From positions 10,416,001-10,480,000 of the forward strand of contig JBHGNT010000007.1 of assembly GCA_043228905.1 (NCBI GenBank): 64,000 nt of DNA, read 5' to 3'. Of the stretch, positions 36,290-47,813 are shown piece after piece. The DNA is from Azolla caroliniana (taxonomy: Eukaryota; Plantae; Polypodiophyta). Position numbers and translations under genes: made by a program. Position 1 is the stretch's first letter, and each line of letters starts with the position of its first letter. The notes under the pieces are model-generated. The model was not told where the DNA came from and searched no databases. It was given only the letters and a program-made list of their open reading frames with translations.

Positions 36290-39200
36290 CAGAGAGAGCA
36301 AAACACAATTTCAAAATTATTTCAAGACCCTGTATACACACTGTGCTAAGTAGCACTATTTATACAAGTCCTCTTGGGACTGACAGAAGTACCATGTACT
36401 TCAATGCTCACACGAGCATCTGACACTTACTACGAGACTATAGCTACCTAGTAGTCTATCCTATACTAGGCTTCCGATTGGACTTCCGGTTACGGATTGC
36501 ACCCGGCCTCCACTGCTTGCAGGTTCGGTTGCTCACCGTCATACCGATCCGTTTCGCCCGATCCGTCTCGCTTACCGGCTCCGGCTTATTCAGCCGATCC
36601 GGCTCCGGTTGAGCTTGCCGCTCAACACTCCCCCTCAAGCTCAACCTGAGGTGGGGTCGTAGTGTTGACCTCTGTGGCAGTGGGTTCTTCCAACCGACTT
36701 CTCCTGGCGTCACTCCGCCTTGCTCGCGCTCCTCGTCCGGTCCGGTCCCGTTTGCCACGACCCCTTTGGTTCTGCGCACCTCGACCCTCTAGGTCGGCAT
36801 GTCTGCTCAATAGGCCCATCTCAGCACTCACGTTGCTGTGACTCCGGCGCTTGCCGATCCGTCGGTTCTCCCACGATGGCATCGACTTCCGCTGTGTCCG
36901 TGTCCCCTTGGCCTTCAATCGATCCGACTCATCCTGATCCATCTGTTGATCCGAGTCAGCTGTCTCCGACTCGTTCCAGCTCTTGTCCGAATCGGTACAC
37001 TCCGATTCGACTTCCGGCTTCAGGCCTCTCACCACATCAGACCACTTTCGAGTCTTGGCCTTCTCCATGCTTCCCTCGGCTTCTTCAGCCGGTGAACCGA
37101 AATCGAATTCTTCATTCGACTCCGCATCATGGTCAGTACCATCGTGATGACCTCTGCACAGCATGCACTTCTCTTCCTGAGTGCACAACTCTTCTTCACA
37201 GCCGCTTGCTCCGATCTGTTCGGATGTGTCGACTTCCTTCGTCGACTCGGCTTCCTTCATCTTCTTGTCTCCTCTTCTTCCGGCTCTCCTCTTACCGACG
37301 GGTTCAACAGTTTTTTGGCCTTTGCCCGTTTCGGTAGAGACTTTGCCCTTGCTTCTCCCCCTCAAGTGCGGCATGTCGAGATGCTGAATACCAAGCATGT
37401 CGGTAAAGTGCTGCAACTTGTCCGATCCGAGCAGCTTGGTGAAGATGTCGGCAACTTGCCGATCCGTATGAACATAACGTAGGTCAACTTCACCGCTTAG
37501 GACCCGCTCACGCACGAAGTGGTAGTGCACCTCGATGTGCTTTGTGCGAGCATGGAACACAGGGTTCCTGGCGAGCTGCAGGCTGCTCATGTTATCGCAG
37601 TAAATCGGGATCGGGGTCAGTACCTCGATCCGAAAGTCTCGCAGCAGTCGTCGAAGCTAGATGGCTTCACAAGTGGCAACAGTAGCGGCCCGGTACTCAG
37701 CCTCAGTGCTTGACAAAGCCTTTGTGGGCTGCTTCTTGCTGCTCCACGCAACGGCCGCGCTACCTATGGAGAACATGTATCCGGAAGTGGAGCGGCGATC
37801 AGACGCATCACCGGCCCAGTCAGCATCTGTGTTACCGGCAAGCTCTTCCGGTATAGCAGTCCCCGGTCCTTAGTGCCGCTGACATACCGTAATATTCGTT
37901 GCGCGCACTGAAGGTGCTCCATGGTCAGCTTCTGCATGAACTGACTTACCATGCCGACCAGATAGCTGATGTCGGGTCGGGTGATGGTTAAGTAGATCAG
38001 GCTTCCGAAAACCTGTCGGAACCGTTTCTCATTGCAGGCCGGTCCGGAGTTGGGATGGAGCTTCTGGTTCCGGTCCAGGGGTGTGGAGACAGGTCAACAA
38101 TCTGTCATGCTGAACTTATATAGCATATTCAACACGTAATGTCGTTGTGAGAGCAATATGCCGTCGGGGGTCCGGATCACTTCGATCCCAAGAAAATAGT
38201 GAAGGTCCCCCAGGTCCTTCATTTCGAATGCGTCCGACAACTGGGACTTGACGTGGTTGATTTCGGGAAGACCCGGTCCGGTGATGACTAAATCATCCAC
38301 ATACAAGAGTATACATACCGGACCGTTAGAGCCTTGCCGGATGAACAACGAAGAGTCCGACTTAGAGACAGCAAACCCCAGCTTACGCAACCAGTGCGTG
38401 ATCTTCGCGTTCCAAGCTCAGGGGGCTTGCTTCAAGCCGTAAAGCGACTTCTTCAGTTGGCATACCGCCGACTTGTTCATCTCCGATTGAAATCCGGGGG
38501 GCTGAGTCATAAAGACTTCTTCTTCAAGCTCTCCTTGAAGGAAGGCGTTCTTCACATCCATCTGGTGAAGATGCCACCCCCTTGCCGCAGCAACCGCCAG
38601 TACCACACGAACCGTCGTCATCTTCGCCACAGGAGCGAAGGTCTCGTCGTAGTCGATTCCGTGGGTCTGCGCGTATCCCTTCGCCACTAACCGGGCTTTG
38701 TACCGGTTAACAGAACCGTCGGCGTTGTACCGGTTAACAGAACCGTCGGCGTTGTACTTGACCTTGTACACCCACTTGCAGCCGATCGGTTTACAGTGAT
38801 GGGGAGGATCAACTAGGTCCCAAGTTTCGTTGGCATCGAGTGCCCACATTTCTTTGTTCATAGCGGCACGCCAATTTGCGTCCTTTGCCGCTTCTGCCTA
38901 GCTCTCTGGCTCACGCACTTTTGTCACCTTAGTCATGTACGCATAATGATGCGCCATGTATTCATTGTACCCGTACCGCATGACGGGATCCTTCTGGCGG
39001 GTTGATCGGCGCAACGCACCATCACCTGATTTGAGGCCCTTCTTGGCCAGTTCGGTCTTCGTTGCCGAAGATCCGCCTTTCTCCTTTCCGGAGTCGGATA
39101 CGCACCGATCCGACTCATTGTTGCCGATTTCGAATTCCGGCATCTTCCTCTTCCCCTTCTCTTTGCGCGTGAACCGTTTCCTCGGTTCCTTGCGCGGGGA

Positions 39201-42200
39201 GAGCATGACAGAGTCTCCACCCCTTGCCGTCTCTTCATCCGACTGGTCCAACCGACTCAGTCGCTCGTTCGGTCCACTTAACCGTAACGATTCCGGACTC
39301 TCATCTTGAGTCCCGGCTTCATCATCCTCTGCCAGGGCTGATTCAGGCTCACTGGCCTGATCTTCCGGCATTGGGTCGGGATCGGAAGTCGGAGTCGGTA
39401 CGGAGTACCAGGATGCCGATTCATCGAACTCGACATCCCGGCTAACTCGGACTTCCTTTGTCCGGGGGTTATAGCACTTATACCCCTTTTGCTCTTGAGC
39501 ATAGCCGACTAGGATGCATTTTTCCAATTTTGCATCTAGCTTTCTCCGCTTCTGATCCGGCACATGCACATACGCTATGCTGCCGAATATCCGAAGGTGT
39601 CTTAAGTTCGGCTTGCGCCCGAAATACAGCTCATGAGCTGACACCTTGTCACCAATGCGGTTTTATATGTAGATGGCCGTCCGGACCGCCTCCGCCCAGT
39701 AGAACCGGGGCATGCTCTTCTCCTCCAGCATTGCCCTTGCCGCTTCGACGAGTGTCCGGTTCTTCCTTTCGACCACACCGTTTTGCTCCGGTGTGTATCT
39801 GCAGTTGAACTCTCGCCGAATTCCCTTCTGTTGCAGATAACTAGTGAATTGGCCGGAAAAATATTCCTTTCCGCCATCCGACCGAAGGCATTTGATCTTC
39901 CTCTCCGATTCCCATTCCACCATCTTCTGGAGGCTCCGGAAACAGTCGAAGACTTCGCTCTTCCGCTCAATGAGGTAGATCCAAGTATGTCGAGTATAGT
40001 CGTCGATGAAGGAAACGAAGTATCGGCTCCCGCCAAGGCTTACACTTTGTGCCGGTCCCCACACATCCGAATGGATGAGATCGAGCTTGTTACGGCTCCG
40101 GTTCCGTTCGGTGGGGAATGGAAGCCGGTGTTGCTTCCCAAGTTGGCAGGCTTCACAAATTTCGGCTCTCCGGCCGCTGAACTTCGGTAAACCGAAAACG
40201 ACTTGTTTTGTTTGCAGGTCTTGAAGCCTCCGGTAGTTGACGTGGCCTATCCGCTTGTGCCACAGGTCGATGTTCGACTTGACCTTCTGTCGTTTCGCGA
40301 ACAGAGCGGTGCCAAAGTCATTGGTGTTGAGGATAAACATCCTCCCGTCTCTGCGCCCTTGCGCAATGACTTCGCCCTCATCCTCAATGAAGCACCCGAG
40401 GTGCGTAAACCGCAGCTGCATCCCCTGGTCGACAATCTGACCGACGGACACCAGGTTCTTCGTGATTGTCGGAACGTGTAATACGTTCATCAGCTTCCCT
40501 TTCTATCCGACGTGGCTTAGAGGGACTTCTCCGACGTGCACGATTGGGTGAGGAGTGTCGTCTCCAGTTTCGACTACTCTTGGTCGATCCGGTTTCTCCA
40601 GAAAGGAGAACCACTCTTTGTGGCTTGTCATGTGGTTCAACGCGCCGGAATCAACATACCACACTTCCTCCGTTTTGGAAGTGGTCTTCTTCATTGAGTT
40701 TGCCTTGTGATTCATCACCAAGGCTGGCCTTGTGATTCATCACCAAGGCTGGCCCCTTACCAACCTTTCCGGTTCCGGATCCTCCTGATCCGTTTGCATA
40801 GTGCAAGTTTTGCCAGCCATCCTTACCGGTCTTGCCGGATCCGGATTTGTTCGAATCGGCACGCTTTCTCCAGCACTCGCTTTCCCTGTGGCCTTTTTTG
40901 CCATAGTACCAGCATTCCGTAGTGGATTTGTCTTGCCGGCCTCCGGCACCGCCTTGACTCCCCCTGCTTGTGGAAGTCCCGGAACTGCTGTCGACATGCT
41001 CATAGTGCCTCCGTTCCTGCTCTTGCCGACCGCCTCCATTGCGTGCCGACCCACCTCTTCCACCACGCCCACGGAGCCGATCCATTCCCGTGTACAGCAT
41101 TCGGCTGTCCGGGGATGCACTGGTAGATGCACCGGCGTGGTTCTCCTCTATAAGGAGCATGGACTGTAAGTCGACGAATGAGGGCGTATTCTCCCTTGTA
41201 CACACCGCAGTCCGGAACGCTCCGAACTTGGACGCCATGCCTCCGAGACATACCTGCACCATCTCGTCTTCCTCTATAGTAACATTGATAGAGGTGAGCG
41301 AGTCGCAGATCTCCTTTATCCGGCCCGTGTAGTCTGCCACGGACATGTTCTTCTGTTGAACATTGCTCAACTCTTGTTTGAGTTGTAGCTTCCGGGTACT
41401 GGTGCTTGCGGCGAAAACCTTTTTCAGGTTCCCCCAAGCATCCTTCGGTGTCTTGGCGTCACGGATGTGGCTGAGCAGCTGATCGCTGACACTGGACGCG
41501 AAGCAGTACATCACCCTGCTTGCCGCCTGTTCCCATACTAGGAAGTCCTTGTGTGCCGAGTCGGGCGCCGCATCATTCGCTCCTTTGACATAACTCCAGT
41601 ACCCGTGTCCAAGCAGGTACCGGTGCATCTTGTAAGACGAGGATGCGTAGTTGCTCCCGTCGAGCTTCTCCACCGGGAGCGACGTAGCCATGCCTCTATC
41701 CATGTCTTCTACTGTGTCTGTTTTCGACCTGTTAGGGTTTTCTTCTCAAGAGTAAATGTCTGCAGCAGAGGTTCTCAACCCTCGCGCTCTGATACCATGT
41801 GAACGTAAGTGTTTACGGAAGCATAAAACAGAGAACAACACAGAGAGAGAGAGAGAGACAGAGAGAGAGAGAGAGCGAGAGAGACAGAGAGAGCAGAACA
41901 CAATTTCAAAATTATTTCAAGACCCTGTATACACACTGTGCTAAGTAGCACTATTTATACAAGTCCTCTTGGGACTGACAGAAGTACCATGTACTTCAAT
42001 GCTCACACGAGCATCTGACACTTACTACGAGACTATAGCTACCTAGTAGTCTATCCTATACTAGGCTTCCGATTGGACTTCCGGTTACGGATTGCACCCG
42101 GCCTCCACTGCTTGCAGGTTCGGTTGCTCACCGTCATACCGATCTGTTTCGCCCGATCCGTCTCGCTTACCGGCTCCGGCTTATGCAGCCGATCCGGCTT

Positions 42201-42222
42201 CGGTTGAGCTTGCCGCTCAACA
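36198..42222 (-). mobile_element. Full-length Copia (Copia-B), TSD AACTG, several disablements
   Basis: LTRs 36198-36627 and 41798-42222; AACTG at 36193-36197 and 42223-42227; PBS TGGTATCAGAGC 41797-41786; gag from 41703, PR WYVDSGA, IN LRSDGGKEY, RT YVDD, RH ADIFTK; PPT 36628-36639. Confidence 0.96.
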
Positions 42223-43147
42223 AACTGGATATTGCTTCAAATTCGGCAATGGAGAAATCTCATGGAAGTTGAAACTCCATGAATGTACTACCACATAAAC
42301 GACCGAGGCTGAATATGTTGCTGCTTCCAATGCGGCGAAAGAGGCCTTATGGCTCGGTCGGCTAGCGCACACGTTTTGACAAGTCAATTCCAACTCGACT
42401 CCAGTTGTCTATAGTGATAGTTAAGGTGTTGTTGTTCTGTCAAGAAATCTAGTTCACCACAACACCTTGAAGCATATCAACGTGAGATATTACTTCGTTT
42501 AGGACTATGTCATGTAAGGGAAAATTGGCTAGAGAAGATATCTATAGTTGATAATATAGTAGATGGGATGACCAAGTGTCTTCCGACGAATCGATTTTGA
42601 TTCCTTCGGTAATAGATTGGCGTAACGAAGAACTAGTTTGATTGAGTCGGACATTCAAGATGGTTTCAGACAATCATCATCGACAGTTCGAGATTCAGCT
42701 TCAACTCTTCCAACCCCGGCCGACTCGACTTTCTGTTCTCGGATCTTGTTGACTCGAACAAAACCGATTGGTTTGACAATGTTGTATAAATTTGTAACTT
42801 TGTTTATTGTTTTAGAGATATTTGTTGTACACGCCCATTATAGGAGAGTATCGAATATGGGTTTTTGTCATAATATGGCAAAACTCGAACCCATGACCTT
42901 ATGTTACATGGGTGGAGCTCTTGACAATTAGACTATATGTTGTAATACAAAAGATATTATTTTCATTTAAGTTTTACTATAGAAATGTGATGTATATTCC
43001 AGATTTCTTTGGAACATTCTAGAAACTTTAGGAGTACTCCTGAGAACACTATAAACGGAGGCACAAGGCATTATTTCGAACCAAATCGGTTCAAACTGTC
43101 GGGAACAGTACTAAGATAGAGAAACAAAATTCCTATCCATGAAGCAA

Positions 43148-46100
43148 TGTTGAGTGACAAGCTCAACATTGGGTGCGTAACCCGGTGCGTAACCCAGTGT
43201 GTAGACTGGGTGCGTAAAACAGTACGCATAACGTGGCCGTATCGGTGCGTAAACTGAAAGGTCGTTAGTATGGTATTCCTCGTAAGGAATAATTTTGGGA
43301 GTTAATATAGTAGGCTCATTTATGAGCAGTCAAGTACTGTCAGTACTTGTGTCAGCCCGATAGTCAGGGCTTGTATAAAAGGTGTTCACTGAGCACGAAG
43401 TATGTATAGAGTGTCATTATTTTGAAATAGAACTGAGTTGTCTGCTCTCTGTCTCTGTCTCTCCCTCTCCCTCTCTATCTCTGCGTTTTCTGCATTTTAC
43501 CAAACTATCGTTCTCCGAACAGTGTACTCTGTGTTTTGCATATGCTTCCACACACGTATTCTTTTACTTGGTATCAGAGTGCAAGGGTTGAAGTCATCTG
43601 CAGCCGACAGAAAAGCTTGCGACAGAGACATAGTTGAGTTGTTTCGAAAAAGATAAGACAACAACATGGACAGAGGAATAAGAATCTCGACAGGAGCAAC
43701 TACGCATCTTGGTCGTACAAGATGCAACAGTACCTACTTGGTCATGGCTACTGGAGTTATGTCGAAGGAGCTAATGATGTAGCACCCGATTCGACACACA
43801 TAGATTTTTCGGATTGGGAACAAGCGGCAACCAGAATTCTGTATTGCTTTGCATCCTGTGTGAGTGACCAACTATTGAGCTATGTTTGGGATGCTAAGAC
43901 GCCAAAGGACGCATGGGCGAATCTCAAAAAGCTTTTCGCCACAAGCACAACAGTCAGGAAGCTACAACTCAGGTAGGAGCTCAGAAATGTTCGGTAGAAT
44001 GATCTGTCTGTGGCCGAATACACGGCCTGAATCAAGGAAATCTGTGACTCACTCACCTCTGTCAATGTGAACGTCGAGGAGGACGAGATGGTGCAAGTGT
44101 GCTTTGGTGGGCTAGCGTCTAGGTTTAGAGCTTTCCGAACGGCGGTCTGTATGAGGGAGAATATGCCTTCGTTTTTCGAGCTTCAATTGATGTTGCTCGT
44201 AGAGGAAAACCACCTGGGTGCGTCGACGAGTACGCACGCTGACGACAAGATGCTGTACACAGAGGAAGATAGGCCCCATGGTCGTGGTGGACGAGGTAGA
44301 TCGGCGCGCAATGAAGGCGGCCGACAAGAGCAGAACAAGCAGTATAATCGAAATGTCGACAACAGTTCCAGACCCTCCACAAGCAGGGGGAGTCATGGCG
44401 GCACCGGAAGCCGACAAGACAAGGCCACATCGGAATGCTGGTAGTGTGGCATAAGCTGTTCGGCCATATTAACTTCCAACGACTTCGTGAAATGCAAATG
44501 AAGAACATTGTGTTCGGCTTGCCAAAATTTCGAGGCCGGAATGGCCAAGTCTACGAAGTCTGCCAGATGGCAAAACAATACCGGTTTCCATTCCCCAACG
44601 AGTGTAATCGTAGTCGAAATCTGTTGTATTTGATCCATTCGAATGTGTGGGGTCTGACACAGAACGTGAGTCTCGGTGGAAGCCATTACTTTGTAACCTT
44701 CATCGACGACTTCACTCGGCACATGTGGGTATGCACGATCGCGGAGAAGAGCGAAGTCTTCGCATGTTTCCTAAAGGTGAAGAGCCTTGCGGAAAGGGAA
44801 ACAGGGCATAAAATCAAATGCCTACGGTCCGATGGTGGGAAGGAGTACTTCTCCGACCAGTTCACAAGTTATCTATAGAAAGAGGGAATTCGATGTGAAT
44901 TCTCGTGTAGATACATGCTGTAGCAGAACGGTGTGGCCGAGCGGAAGAATCGGACAATCGAAGAAGCGACCAGGCAATGCTCGAAGAGAAGCATATGCCG
45001 AAATTCTATTGGGCTGAAACCGTGAGGACGACTGTCTACCTATAGAATCAGACTTCTGCTAATGGAGGAATGTCGCCACATGAATTGTATTTCAGGAAGA
45101 AACCAAACTTGGCACACTTGAGGATTTTCGGCAGCATTGCATATCTGCATATGCCGAAGGAAAAGAGGAGGAAGCTAGACACCAAAGCCGAAAAGTGCAT
45201 CTTAGTCGGCTATCCAAACGAGCAGAAGGGGTATAAATGTTATAACCTCGAACAAAGGAAGTATGCGTAAGTCGAGATGTCGTGTTCGACGAATCCGCTT
45301 CGTAGTACTTGCCATCACCTCCAACTCCTCATGAATCCATTCCGAATTCTTAGGACGAAGTCAGTGAGGCCAAAATGCCTCTGCACGAAGAAGAAATTAG
45401 AGCTCTGAGAGAGAGTCCGATCTCATTTCGGCTAAGTGGGCCGAATGAGGGGTTGGGCCGAAATGGCCAACCTATTGAAGAGACAGCGAGTAGTGGAGAC
45501 TAAGTCGTGATGTCCCCGTGTAAAGAACCGAGGAGACGGTTTACGTGCAAGGAGAAGGGCAAGAAGAAAATGCCGGAGTACGATTTCGACAGCGCCGTGT
45601 AAAGAACCGAGGAGATGGTTTACGTGCAAGGAGAAGGGCAAGAAGAAAATGCCGGAGTTCGGAGTGAATCTGACATCGAGCCGGGGAAGTGGTCAAAATC
45701 AGCCGAAAAGGTCGTGAAGTCGGGTAATCATGAATTACGCCGATCTACCCGCCTGAAGAATCTCGTAAAGAGATATAGGTATAATAAGTACATGGCACAT
45801 CATTATGCGTACATGATGCGAGTGGCAGAAGTGCGTGAGCTGGAGAGCTACGCAGAAGCGGCGAAAGATGCAAATTGGTGTGCTGCAATGGAGGAAGAGA
45901 TGTACGCTTTAACGCAGAATGAGACGTGGGACCTGGTTGACGCACCAAAGGGTGTGAAGCCGATTGGATGTAGGTGGGTATACAAGGGCAAATACAACAC
46001 GGACGGCTCTGTCAACCGATATAAGGCCCGATTAGTTGCGAAAGGCTACGCGCAAAAGCATGGTGTGGATTACGATGAGACCTTCGCACCAGTTGCGAAG

Positions 46101-47813
46101 ATGACTACCGTGCGTGTCCTGCTAGCCATAGCAACGGCGAAGGGGTGGCATTTACATCAAATGGATGTAAAGAACGCGTTCCTGCAAGGGGATCTTGAGG
46201 AACAGGTGTACATCTATTTGACAATTACTCGGTAGGATCTTAGCTACCCGGTCGGCTTAATTAGTCAATTTATGTCACAGCCTACAGCCGAACACTTTCA
46301 GTGCGTGCAAATGATATTGCGATATGTAAGCAACACGAAAGACATGGCGTTGCTATATCGAGAAGGTGCAGCCGAACAGTTAGTTGGCTACACGGATTCT
46401 GATTGTGCCGGAAATGCCCATGATCGTAGATCCACATCTGGATACGCATTCTCATTGGGAAGTGCGGCGATCGCGTGGAGTAGCAAAAAGCAGCCGACAA
46501 TGGCATTGTCGAGCACGGAGGCCGAATATCGAGGGGCGACTGTCGCTATGTGCGAAGTCCTTTGGCTGAAACGGCTATTACGGGATCTGCATGCAGAGGT
46601 GTCCGATTCGTCGACGATCTATTGCGACAACCTCAGAAGTATCCACCTTGCGAAAAACCCTGTATTCCATGCCCAAACGAAGTACATTGAGGTGCATTAC
46701 CATTTTGTCCGCTAGCGGGTCCTTTCAGGTGACGTCGAACTAGCGTATATTCCGACAGATCGACAAGTTGCCGACATTTTCACCAAGCCTCTTGGTCTCT
46801 ACAAGTTACAACATTTCTCGGGTGAGCTTGGGTTGCGTCACCTCGACACGCCGAACTTGAGGGGGAGACAGGAACAAAAGAGTCTAAGGAGCGGAGCTGA
46901 TCATCGCGGCGGAAGTGACCGTGATGCGGAGTTGGATGAAGAATTCGATTTCGGGCCAGCTGAAGAAGCCGAAGAAGAGAGCAAGGGCCGTAATCGTAGG
47001 GAAGAGCCAAGGACAACGGAATTAGGGGAAGGTAAGGCCGAGACCAAGACGTGGTCTGACATTGTCAAAGACCTAAAGACTGAAGACGAATTGGAGACAA
47101 CCAATTCGGATGAAAGCGGATTTGAATTGGAAACGTTCGATTCAATCGAAATGTTCGATTCGGTTATTACGAATCGATTGAAGGCCAAGTGAAGAAAAGG
47201 GCAGCGAAGGACGCGCCAACACCATGACAACAAGGGACCTGAGAAGGGCCGAACAAGCAGACAAGCCGACCGGAAGGGTCAAAGCGCGCGGAATTGAACG
47301 AGTCGATGAGCATGAGTGAGGCGTGAAGCCAGAAGGAACCAGAGCGTAGATTCGAAAGAGCGGACGGAAGCTCAAGTTGAGCTTGAGGGGGAGTGTTGAG
47401 TGACAAGTTCAACATTAGGTGTGAAACACGGTGTGTAATCCAGTGCGTAGACTGGGCGCGTAAAGCAGTACGCATAACGTGGTCGTATCGTTCATAAACC
47501 GAAAGGCCGTTAGTATTGTATTCCTTGTAAGGAATAATTTTGGGAGTTAGTATAGTAGGCTCATTTATGAGTAGTCAAGTACTGTCAGTACTTGTGTCAG
47601 CTTGATAGTCAGGGCTTGTATAAAAGGTGCTCACTGAGCACGAAGTATGTATAGAGTGTCATTATTTTGAAATAGAACTGAATTGTTTGCTCTCTATCTC
47701 TGTCTCTCCCTCTCCCTCTCCATCTCTGCGTTTTCTGTGTTTTACCAAACTATTGTTCTCCGAACAGTGTACTCTGTGTTTCGCATACCCTTCCGCACAT
47801 GTATTCTTTTACA
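43148..47813 (+). mobile_element. Copia-D (family of Copia-B), internally deleted, TSD AGCAA
   Basis: LTRs 43148-43568 and 47394-47813; AGCAA at 43143-43147 and 47814-47818; PBS TGGTATCAGAGT 43569-43580; protease deleted (~44445) and RT C-half deleted (~46210). Confidence 0.95.
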
